From the NCBI GenBank assembly GCA_040381035.1, contig JBEIHY010000006.1, forward strand, positions 5,373 to 69,372: 64,000 nt of DNA, read 5' to 3'. Source of the stretch: Hyphomonadaceae bacterium. Lineage in GTDB: Bacteria > Pseudomonadota > Alphaproteobacteria > Caulobacterales > Aquidulcibacteraceae. Shown piece after piece: positions 27,125-35,217 of this stretch. The notes beneath the pieces were generated by a model. It made no database searches, had not been told where the DNA came from, and saw only the letters and a program-made list of their open reading frames with translations. A program made the translations under genes and the position numbers. Numbering within the stretch: position 1 is the first letter of the stretch; each line of letters starts with the position of its first letter.

Positions 27125-28669
27125 ATGCCGAACTCTTCCAGTGCGCCCAATTCCAGCGCCAAATTTGCCAAGCGCATGGTGTTCGCCGCTGCTGCGGCCA
27201 CGGCTTTGACGGCCGGCTTTGCTGCGGTTCCAACCTTGATGTCGCCGCCGGCCTCGGCTCAGCGGATCGAAGCGCCGGCCATGGCGCCGCCGATGGGGGC
27301 GCCCGGCAGTTTCGCCAATCTGATCGAAAAGGTCAGCCCGGCGGTGGTGTCTATCGACGTCAAAGTGAAAGTCACCCAGGAAGAGGGCAATCAGGAAATC
27401 CCGCCCGAAATGGAGGAGTTTCTCCGCCGCTTCGGGATGCCTCGCGGCGAAACGCCGCGCCGACCGCGCTCCACCGAAGCGCAGGGGTCTGGATTCTTTA
27501 TCGCCGAATCCGGCGTTGTGGTGACCAACAACCATGTCGTAGAAAACGCAACCGACATCACAGTGAAGACGAGCGATGGAAAAGATCTGAAAGCTGACAT
27601 TGTCGGGCGCGATGAGGAAACCGATCTCGCCGTATTGCGTGTGCGCGGCGGTGGGCGTTTCCCCTATGTCGCTTTTGACCGCGATGCCTCCAAGCGCGTC
27701 CGCGTTGGCGATTGGGTGGTTGCGGTCGGCAATCCGTTCGGCCTGGAAGGCACCGCCACCGCCGGCATCGTTTCGGCCAAGGGCCGCCGTCAGGGCGGCT
27801 CTTATGTCGATTTCATGCAGATCGACGCCCCGATCAATCGTGGTAATTCGGGCGGCCCGTCGTTTGACCTACAGGGCCGCGTCATCGGGGTGAACTCTGC
27901 GATCTATTCCCGCTCGGGCGACAATGCCGGCATCGGCTTTGCCATTCCGGCCGACACCGCCGCTAATGTCGTCGATCAGCTCTTGTCGTCGGGCAAGATC
28001 AGCCGCGGCTATCTCGGCGTGCAGGTCCAGCAGGTCGATGAGACCATGGCCAAGAGCCTCGGTCTGGACGGCGCAAAGGGCGCTTTGGTGTCGAATGTCA
28101 CGCCCGATACGCCGGCCTCGAAAGCGGGCCTCAAAGAAGGCGATCTGATCGTGTCGATCAATGGCGCAGAGGTTGAAGACCAGCGCGACCTGACCCGCAA
28201 GATCGGCGGGCTGACCGTCGGCAAGCCGGCGCGGCTCGATTATTTGCGCGATGGCCGGCGTCAAACCACAAGCGTCGTTCTCGCTGAGCGCCCGACAGCC
28301 CAACAGCTTGCCGGTCTTGACCGCAGCGGCCGGATGCCGCCGCGCGACGCACCGACCCAGCCGCAAAAGGCCAGCGCGTTGGGCATGGATTTGCGGGCAA
28401 TTGCGCCGCAGGACCGTGAACGGCTCGATCTGCCGGAAACCACTGTTGGGTTGATCATTGACGATGTCGATGATGACAGCCCGTTGACCCGCCAAGGCGT
28501 GCGCGCCGGGATGGTGTTGGTTGCAGCCGATGGCCGCCCGGTCCGGGCGATTGGCGATCTCAATGCAGCGATTGCCAGCGCCAAGAAAACTGCCAAGCCG
28601 GTGATGCTGCAATTTGAAACCCGCAATGGCCGTCGCTTTTTCGCAGCGGTCGATCCGGGGCAAAGCTGA
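27125..28669 (+). CDS. degP: DegP/HtrA-family periplasmic serine endoprotease with two PDZ domains
   Basis: From the ATG at 27125 (GAGAGGA upstream). Catalytic triad contexts are VVTNNHVV, DLAVLRV and GNSGGPSF. Two PDZ-like segments are present (GYLGVQVQ..., LGMDLRAIAP...). Confidence 0.93.
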   Translation: MPNSSSAPNSSAKFAKRMVFAAAAATALTAGFAAVPTLMSPPASAQRIEAPAMAPPMGAPGSFANLIEKVSPAVVSIDVKVKVTQEEGNQEIPPEMEEFLRRFGMPRGETPRRPRSTEAQGSGFFIAESGVVVTNNHVVENATDITVKTSDGKDLKADIVGRDEETDLAVLRVRGGGRFPYVAFDRDASKRVRVGDWVVAVGNPFGLEGTATAGIVSAKGRRQGGSYVDFMQIDAPINRGNSGGPSFDLQGRVIGVNSAIYSRSGDNAGIGFAIPADTAANVVDQLLSSGKISRGYLGVQVQQVDETMAKSLGLDGAKGALVSNVTPDTPASKAGLKEGDLIVSINGAEVEDQRDLTRKIGGLTVGKPARLDYLRDGRRQTTSVVLAERPTAQQLAGLDRSGRMPPRDAPTQPQKASALGMDLRAIAPQDRERLDLPETTVGLIIDDVDDDSPLTRQGVRAGMVLVAADGRPVRAIGDLNAAIASAKKTAKPVMLQFETRNGRRFFAAVDPGQS

Positions 28670-28679
28670 AGGAAAAGCC

Positions 28680-29348
28680 ATGCGCGTTCTCGTCGTCGAA
28701 GACGATCCTTCACTGGCCGGCGCGTTAAGTCGCGCTTTGCAGGAAGACGGTCATGAAGTTGACGTCGCCGCCGATGGCGAGAACGGCGAGGCCCGCGCCC
28801 GCGAAGGGATTTATGATGTGATCGTGCTCGATCGCATGTTGCCCAAACGCGACGGGGTTTCCGTCATCACCTCCCTGCGGGCCTCGGGGCTGTCGGCGCC
28901 GGTGGTGTTCTTGTCGCAATTGGGCGAAGAGGATCATCGCGTCGAGGGCCTTGAAGCAGGCGCCAATGACTATCTGGTCAAGGGCGCCTCGATGCGCGAA
29001 ATCCTTGCTCGCGTGCGGGCGGTGTGGAACGGGCGCGACCGCGAGCCGGTGACCAAGCTCACCGTCGGCGATCTGGAGATGGATCTGCTTGCCCGCACCG
29101 TGTTCCGCGGCGCCACGGAGATCACGCTTCAGCCGCGGGAATTCCGGCTGTTAGAATTCTTGATGCGCCATGCCGGCCAGGTCGTCACCCGCACCATGCT
29201 GTTGGAAAAAGTTTGGGATTATCATTTTGATCCGATGACCAATGTGATCGACGTGCATGTCTCGCGGCTGCGCGGCAAGATCGACAAGGATTTTGACCGA
29301 CCATTGCTGCACACCGTGCGTGGGGCGGGTTATCGTTTGGAAGCGTGA
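28680..29348 (+). CDS. OmpR-family response regulator
   Basis: MRVLVVEDDPSLAGAL, VIVLDRMLPKRDG, and winged helix (LQPREFRLLEFLMRHAGQVVTR, VIDVHVSRLRGKID, TVRGAGYRL). Confidence 0.92.
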   Translation: MRVLVVEDDPSLAGALSRALQEDGHEVDVAADGENGEARAREGIYDVIVLDRMLPKRDGVSVITSLRASGLSAPVVFLSQLGEEDHRVEGLEAGANDYLVKGASMREILARVRAVWNGRDREPVTKLTVGDLEMDLLARTVFRGATEITLQPREFRLLEFLMRHAGQVVTRTMLLEKVWDYHFDPMTNVIDVHVSRLRGKIDKDFDRPLLHTVRGAGYRLEA

Positions 29349-30783
29349 CATTCTGCGCGGGGCGCCGGCTGAACTGCGTCGCCTGCTCAATACCGCCACG
29401 TTCCGTTTGGCCATGGCGCAAGCGGCGATGTTTGCCCTGTTTGCGGCCGTGCTGTTGGTGGCGGTGTACTCCACCACTGCCGGCCAATTGCAGCGCGACG
29501 CAGACGAGGCGGTGGACGCGGAGTTTACCGTTTTGGCGCAGCTCTACAGCGAAGGCGGCATGCGCCGACTGAACGAAGACGTGATCACCCGCATGGAAGA
29601 AGGCGGCGCCGGTCTTTATGTGCTGGCCGACCAGGACGGCGAAGTGATGACCGGCAGCTTTGATCGCTTGCCGCAATGGCCGACGACGGAAAGCCAACGG
29701 GTGTTTTTCCGGTTCGATCAGAAGCTGGAGGATGGCCGCTCGGTGCGCAAACATGCGCGCGGGCGCGTTGGCCGGTTGCTGAATGGCCCGATCCTGCTGG
29801 TCGCACGCGACATGGGCGACGCCAATGCGATCGTCAGCCGGATGTCCGGCGCGATCTGGTGGGGCGCGCTTGCCGGTCTCGGATTTTCACTGGCGGCCGG
29901 TTACGTCGCGAGCCGTCAGGCCGCGCGGCGCGCCGAGGCCCTGTCGCGCACGGCGCGCGATGTGATGGCCGGCGATTTGACGCGCCGGGCGCCGGTGCTT
30001 GGCGGCGGCGATGAGTTTGATCGCCTCGGCCAAGACATCAACGCGATGCTGAGCCGCATTGAACGGCTGGTGCATTCCTCGCGCACCGCCGGCGACGCGA
30101 TCGCCCATGATCTGAAAAGCCCGCTGACCCGGCTGAAGCTCAATTTGGAGCAAGCTCTGGACCGCCAGCCCGATAGCGAGCGCGACCGTGAGGCTCTCCG
30201 CTATGCACTGGATGAAAGCGAGCAGGTGCTGACCACATTCGGCTCCATACTGCGGCTGGCGAAGGTTCAGGCGGCCGCCGGCTGGCGGTTCGAGGCGGTC
30301 GATTTCACCCGTATTGTTGAAAATTTGGTCGAGTTTCTCGGGCCTTTGATGGAAGAAGACGGCCTGACGCTTGAGGCTGACATTGCGGCCGATCTGAACG
30401 GCCGCGGCGACAATGGCTTGCTCACCCAGGCGCTGTCCAATCTGATCGAGAACGCGATCAAATACACACCGCCCGGCGGCCGGATCCGGGTTGAGGCCGG
30501 GCGGGCGTCCGCCGGGTTTGTGCGGTTGGCGGTAATCGACAGCGGACCAGGAGTGCCGGTTGGCGAGCGTGAGCGGGTGAAAGAGCGTTGGGTGCGGCTG
30601 GAAAGCGCCCGCACGACCCCGGGCGCCGGTTTGGGATTGAGCCTGGTGGATGCGGTTGCAGAATTGCACCAGGGCCAATTTTCACTGAGCGACGGATTGC
30701 AAGGGCCGGCCGGGCCTGGCTTGGAGGCGCGGCTGATCCTGCCGCTCGATCCAGCAGACATTGCCGCAAAGGCGCCGGCATGA
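29320..30783 (+). CDS. sensor histidine kinase (2 TM, HAMP, HisKA, HATPase_c), partner of the preceding regulator
   Basis: HAMP (ARDVMAGDLTRRAP), H-box (AGDAIAHDLKSPLTRL), N-box (LSNLIENAIKYTP) and G-boxes (DSGPGVP, GAGLGLSLV). The start is uncertain: GTG at 29320 is assumed, the track ORF starts at 29257, and an ATG at 29413 is possible. Confidence 0.88.
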   Translation: MGRVIVWKRDILRGAPAELRRLLNTATFRLAMAQAAMFALFAAVLLVAVYSTTAGQLQRDADEAVDAEFTVLAQLYSEGGMRRLNEDVITRMEEGGAGLYVLADQDGEVMTGSFDRLPQWPTTESQRVFFRFDQKLEDGRSVRKHARGRVGRLLNGPILLVARDMGDANAIVSRMSGAIWWGALAGLGFSLAAGYVASRQAARRAEALSRTARDVMAGDLTRRAPVLGGGDEFDRLGQDINAMLSRIERLVHSSRTAGDAIAHDLKSPLTRLKLNLEQALDRQPDSERDREALRYALDESEQVLTTFGSILRLAKVQAAAGWRFEAVDFTRIVENLVEFLGPLMEEDGLTLEADIAADLNGRGDNGLLTQALSNLIENAIKYTPPGGRIRVEAGRASAGFVRLAVIDSGPGVPVGERERVKERWVRLESARTTPGAGLGLSLVDAVAELHQGQFSLSDGLQGPAGPGLEARLILPLDPADIAAKAPA

Positions 30784-33566
30784 GCGGCGCAATCTCTCCT
30801 GTCGGCGCTGATTGGCCAGCCGTTATTGAATCGGCTTGCACTCATGCCCCCTATCTTTCCCGGTTGTGCGCGCGTTTTCCCGATACGCTCGATCGTCTGT
30901 GTTCGGACGGCCCGGTTGCGGCGTTTCGGGCGACGTGTGCGCACCTGGAAAACGCGGCCGCCTTGCCCCAGGCCGACGCCATGGCGCAGATGCGCAAAGC
31001 CAAAGGCCAAATGCATCTGACCGTTGCCTTGGCCGATCTTGCCGGGCGTTGGGGGCTGGATGAGGTGACGCGGGCATTGTCTGATTTTGCTGACCAGGCC
31101 ATGAAGACCGCGGTTGGCGTGATCGCGCGCGATCTGGCGGCAAGCGGCGATCTCTTGGCTGGCGATGATCCCGCCCGCGGCCCTATTCCCGGCCTGATCT
31201 TGATCGCCATGGGCAAGCATGGCGCCTTCGAGCTGAACTATTCCAGCGATATCGACGTGACCGTTTTTTACGATCGCAGCCTGTTGGCGACGCCGCCGGG
31301 TCGCGAGGCGGGCCGGCTTGGCGTGCGCATCGCCCAGTTGCTGGTCAAGCTGCTCGAAGAGCAAACGGCGGATGGCTATGTATTTCGCACCGATCTGCGC
31401 CTACGCCCCGATCCCGGCTCAACGCCGCCGGCGGTCTCAACGGCGTCTGCGGAGCACTATTATCAGACGCTCGGGCAAAACTGGGAGCGCGCGGCCTTCA
31501 TCAAGGCGCGCGTTTGCGCCGGCGATCCGATCGCTGGCGCGGAATTCCTTGCCGGGCTGCAGAGCTTCATCTGGCGCCGCCACCTCGATTACGCAGCGAT
31601 TGCCGATGTCCATTCCATCAAACGCCAAATCCGCAGCGTGAAACAGTCTGCCGACCTCGACGAGCCGGTGTTTGACGTCAAGCTTGGCCGTGGCGGGATC
31701 CGCGATATTGAGCTTTTTGCCCAAACCCAGCAGCTCATTCTGGGCGGGCGCATCAGTGCTTTGCGCGCCCAAACCACCCGCGGCGCACTTTTGGCTTTGT
31801 CCGAACACGGACGAGTGGATGGCGCCGATCGGGCAATTCTGGACGCCGCCTACGAATTCTTGCGCGGCGTTGAACACCGCATCCAGATGCGGGCTGATGA
31901 GCAAACCCACAAAACCCCTTCCGATCCTGCCGCCCGCGCCGATCTTGCGGCCCTGTGCGGTTTTGGCGATCTTGCCGCGTTTGACGCGGCTCTGATTGCG
32001 GTTCGCCAACGGGTCGCCGTTATTGATCGCGCGCTGTTTCCCGATGACGAAAGCCTCGCCGACCCGCTTGGCAGTCTGGTGTTCACCGGCGTTGAAGACG
32101 ATCCCGACACGCTCGCCACCCTGCGCGAGCTTGGCTATCAGAAACCGGAAGCGGTCACTGCGGCAGTGCGCGGCTGGCATCATGGCCGGGTGCGGGCCAT
32201 GCGCTCAGAGCGCGCCCGCGAATTGCTTACCGTCTTGACGCCGGCAATGCTGCGCGCAATTGCCGCCAGCGGCGCCCCGGATGCGGCGTTCCAGCGCTTT
32301 GCCGATTTCTTTGCGGCGTTGCCGGCAGGTGTGCAAACGCTGTCTTTGTTCAAAGCCCATCCGCGCCTTGTTGCGGATTTGTCGGCCGCGTTTGCGGTTG
32401 CGCCGCGGCTGGCGGCTTTGGTCGGACGTCGGCCTGCGTTGCTCGACGCGATGATGGATTCCGGCTTTGAGCGGCCGCTGGCCGATGATCCGCCGGATCA
32501 GCGCGCCAACGCCATGCGCGCAGCGGTTGGCGCCGCCGGTGGGTTTGAAGCGGCCCTGAATACGGTGCGGCGTCTGCAGCGCGAAGAAGCGTTTCGCATC
32601 GATTGGCAAACCTTGTCCGGGCGCGCGCCGCCTGAGGCGGCGGGCGCTTCCCATGCCGATCTGGCGGAAGCCTGCCTGCAGGCTTTGGCGCAAGCTGCAG
32701 CGGATGAAACGGCGTGTCGCATCGGACCAGCGCCGGGTGCTTTCACCGTGCTTGCTTTGGGCAAGTTTGGCGGGCGCGAATTGGCCCAAGGGTCAGACCT
32801 CGACATCATGGTTGTCTATGACGCGCCAGACGGCGCCGGCGCGGATTATTTCACGCGGCTAACCCAGCGCCTGATCGCAGCCCTTTCGGCGCCGACCGAA
32901 GAGGGTTTGCTTTATGAAGTCGATATGCAGTTGCGGCCCTCCGGGTCGAAAGGGCCTGTGGCGGTCTCCAAGCGGGCGTTTGAGCGCTACTATGCAGATG
33001 AAGCCTGGACCTGGGAATTGCTGGCGCTCACTCGGTTGCGGGCTGTGGCCGGCGATCCGGCTTTGGGCAATGAGATCGAAGCCTTGGCGCGGGCGCGTTT
33101 AGCGCGGCCCATGGATCGGGCCAAGATTTTCGCCGATGTCGCGGCCATGCGCGCGCGCATGGACAAAGAGCGCCCCGCCAAGGGCCGTTGGGATCTGAAA
33201 CTGTATCCGGGCGGTTTTGTCGATGTAGAGTTTATCGCCCAGGCCATGCAATTGGTCACCGCCGCCCGCGCGCCGGAAGTCTTGCACCCCAATACCAGTG
33301 TTGCGCTGGCTGGATTGACCGCCGCTGGCGCCCTGGCCTGGGAAGATGCAGAGCCGCTTCTGGCGGGCTGGCGGCTTTATTCGCAACTGCAACAATGGTT
33401 GCGCATCGTCTGGGAGGGGCAATTCCAGCCGGAAGCGGTCGGCGAGGCCGTCCGCCTGCGCCTCGCGCGGGCGTTGCGGCGCAGCGACTTTACCGCGCTT
33501 GAACACGAACTCGCCGCACGTCAGGACGCCTGCCGGGCGAGATTTGCGGCGATTCTCCTTAGTTAA
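30780..33566 (+). CDS. glnE: bifunctional glutamine synthetase adenylyltransferase / adenylyl-removing enzyme
   Basis: About 930 aa from the ATG at 30780 (ATGA overlap with the kinase stop). It has two nucleotidyltransferase domains (GKHGAFELNYSSDIDVTVFYD and GKFGGRELAQGSDLDIMVVYD), each followed by a GlnE helical domain (YVFRTDLRLRP / LLYEVDMQLRPSG). Confidence 0.93.
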   Translation: MSGAISPVGADWPAVIESACTHAPYLSRLCARFPDTLDRLCSDGPVAAFRATCAHLENAAALPQADAMAQMRKAKGQMHLTVALADLAGRWGLDEVTRALSDFADQAMKTAVGVIARDLAASGDLLAGDDPARGPIPGLILIAMGKHGAFELNYSSDIDVTVFYDRSLLATPPGREAGRLGVRIAQLLVKLLEEQTADGYVFRTDLRLRPDPGSTPPAVSTASAEHYYQTLGQNWERAAFIKARVCAGDPIAGAEFLAGLQSFIWRRHLDYAAIADVHSIKRQIRSVKQSADLDEPVFDVKLGRGGIRDIELFAQTQQLILGGRISALRAQTTRGALLALSEHGRVDGADRAILDAAYEFLRGVEHRIQMRADEQTHKTPSDPAARADLAALCGFGDLAAFDAALIAVRQRVAVIDRALFPDDESLADPLGSLVFTGVEDDPDTLATLRELGYQKPEAVTAAVRGWHHGRVRAMRSERARELLTVLTPAMLRAIAASGAPDAAFQRFADFFAALPAGVQTLSLFKAHPRLVADLSAAFAVAPRLAALVGRRPALLDAMMDSGFERPLADDPPDQRANAMRAAVGAAGGFEAALNTVRRLQREEAFRIDWQTLSGRAPPEAAGASHADLAEACLQALAQAAADETACRIGPAPGAFTVLALGKFGGRELAQGSDLDIMVVYDAPDGAGADYFTRLTQRLIAALSAPTEEGLLYEVDMQLRPSGSKGPVAVSKRAFERYYADEAWTWELLALTRLRAVAGDPALGNEIEALARARLARPMDRAKIFADVAAMRARMDKERPAKGRWDLKLYPGGFVDVEFIAQAMQLVTAARAPEVLHPNTSVALAGLTAAGALAWEDAEPLLAGWRLYSQLQQWLRIVWEGQFQPEAVGEAVRLRLARALRRSDFTALEHELAARQDACRARFAAILLS

Positions 33567-33669
33567 TCGCCGCGCGACGGAAAATCCGTGGTCAGGCGTT
33601 GGATTAGCCAGCGTCGGTGCGCTACCGGCGGCGCGGGAGATTGCGTCATCCATGATGATCTGTTGAGAC

Positions 33670-34224
33670 TTGCGCGTGCGCGATCCGGATGTCGACCTGG
33701 TGCGCCGGACCGCCGCCGGCGACAATCGCGCCGCGGCGGCGCTGGTGGCGCGGCATTTGTCGCGGATCGCCGGGCTTGCCCGGCGGATGCTGAACGACGC
33801 CAGCGAGGCCGAAGACGTTGCCCAAGAAACCTTCCTGCGCGCCTGGAAAGCCGCGGCTGGCTGGCGCGAGGACGAAGCCTTGTTCTCGACCTGGTTGCAT
33901 CGCGTCGCAACCAATCTATGCCTCGATCGTTTACGCCGACGGCGCGAACTACCGACCGAAGACGCCGGCGCCGCCTTGATCGACGAGACGCCGCAAGGCG
34001 ATGCCCGGCTGGCGGCGGCCGAGCAGGGCGAGGCCGTGCGGGCAGCCCTCGATCGACTGCCGGAACGCCAGCGGGCCGCGATCATGCTGTGTCATTTTCA
34101 GGAGCTCGGCAATATCGAGGCGGCGGCGGCGTTGGAGATCAGCGTAGAAGCCCTAGAATCCTTGTTGTCACGTGGCCGGCGGGCGTTGCGCGCCACTCTC
34201 GCCGATCTTGGCGGCGCGTCATGA
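33670..34224 (+). CDS. ECF (group 4) RNA polymerase sigma factor
   Basis: Region 2 (DASEAEDVAQETFLRAWK, FSTWLHRVATNLCLDRLRRR) and region 4 (LPERQRAAIMLCHFQELGNIEAAAALEISVEALESLLSRGRRAL). The start is TTG at 33670 or GTG at 33676. Confidence 0.9.
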   Translation: MRVRDPDVDLVRRTAAGDNRAAAALVARHLSRIAGLARRMLNDASEAEDVAQETFLRAWKAAAGWREDEALFSTWLHRVATNLCLDRLRRRRELPTEDAGAALIDETPQGDARLAAAEQGEAVRAALDRLPERQRAAIMLCHFQELGNIEAAAALEISVEALESLLSRGRRALRATLADLGGAS

Positions 34225-34240
34225 AGAGGAGGAAAGCGCA

Positions 34241-34636
34241 ATGATTGGCCTGCAACGCTTTGCCGATTTGGCCGCGGCTTATGGCGCCGATCTGGCGCGC
34301 TGGCCCGCAGCCGAGTGCGCCGGCGCCGCCGCCTTGATGGCCGCGCAGCCGCAAGAGACGGCCGCCATCCTGGCGCAGGCGCGTGCGCTTGACGCAGCAC
34401 TTGATCTTCTCATTGCGCCCCCGCCAAGCGATCTCTTGGCGCGCCGCATTCTGCGGGCCGCGCCAAAGCCAAGGGGCGCCCCGGTGTGGGCCGCGATGGC
34501 GGCTTCCATGGTCATCGGCGTGCTGATCGGGTTCGGCGGCGTTCGCGCATGGGACGCAAGCGCGAGTATCGAGACGGCGATGAGCGAGGCGCTCGGCGGT
34601 GACGACGCCTGGCCTGTTATGGGGTTGGACGGATGA
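34241..34636 (+). CDS. putative single-pass anti-sigma factor (no zinc-binding HxxxCxxC motif)
   Basis: The ATG at 34241 has GAGGAGGA 8 nt upstream. It is 131 aa, with a cytoplasmic N-terminal helix region, one TM segment (VWAAMAASMVIGVLIGFGGV) and a short periplasmic tail. Its position directly after the ECF sigma supports the call. Confidence 0.5.
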   Translation: MIGLQRFADLAAAYGADLARWPAAECAGAAALMAAQPQETAAILAQARALDAALDLLIAPPPSDLLARRILRAAPKPRGAPVWAAMAASMVIGVLIGFGGVRAWDASASIETAMSEALGGDDAWPVMGLDG

Positions 34637-35211
34637 CAGACGATCCTATCGCGGACCCGGTGCGGCGCGCTTTTCCATGGAAGTCTGTGGCAATTGCGGC
34701 GTTGGCGCTCAACCTGGTTTTGGTTGGGGCCAGTGTCGGCGCTTTGGCGGCCGGCGCGCGATTGTTGCCGCCGGGCATCCCGACGCCAGGCGGCGGGCCC
34801 GGCGGTGGCGGGGCAATGGCGCGTACGGTGCTGGAGGCCGTGCCCGAGGTCAAACGCCGTGAAGTGCGGGCGCTGCTGGGCGCGGGTGTGAAGGCGGCCG
34901 CTGCGGAGCGGCGCGCGGCGCGTGAGGCGCGGGTGGCGGCGTTCAAAACGGCGATGGCCGAACCTTATGATCCAAGCGCCGTGCGCGCGGCGTTCGCGCA
35001 AATGCGCGCAGCCGATGGCGCAGTTCTTGGCAAATTCGATGACAGTCTGGTGCAGGCTCTTGGCCAATTGACGCCCTCTGAACGACGCGCGGCGATGGCG
35101 GAATTGGCGCGGCGCGCGATGAAGGGGCGCGGCGGGCTGCGCGGCGATCGTCCGGGTTCGGACCATCCGGGGCCGGGGCAGATGATCGCCCCCCAAGGGC
35201 CGCCGCCGTAA
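34633..35211 (+). CDS. periplasmic Spy/CpxP/ZraP-like (heavy-metal-sensor family) protein
   Basis: ATGA overlap with the anti-sigma stop. It has an N-terminal anchor (VAIAALALNLVLVGASVGALAA), a helical Arg/Ala-rich body with an LTxxE/Q-like motif (LGQLTPSERRAAMAEL), and a Gly/Pro-rich tail. Confidence 0.55.
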   Translation: MTDDPIADPVRRAFPWKSVAIAALALNLVLVGASVGALAAGARLLPPGIPTPGGGPGGGGAMARTVLEAVPEVKRREVRALLGAGVKAAAAERRAAREARVAAFKTAMAEPYDPSAVRAAFAQMRAADGAVLGKFDDSLVQALGQLTPSERRAAMAELARRAMKGRGGLRGDRPGSDHPGPGQMIAPQGPPP

Positions 35212-35217
35212 TCGGGA

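Noticed and set aside
30267-31364. 365-aa minus-strand ORF across the kinase/glnE junction
   Set aside because: It is antisense to two motif-supported genes, so it is a GC artefact.
33579-33600. GGAAAA ... CGTT upstream of the ECF sigma gene as an autoregulated ECF promoter
   Set aside because: The spacer between the AAC-like and CGT elements is only about 12-13 nt, whereas characterised ECF promoters have 16-17 nt.
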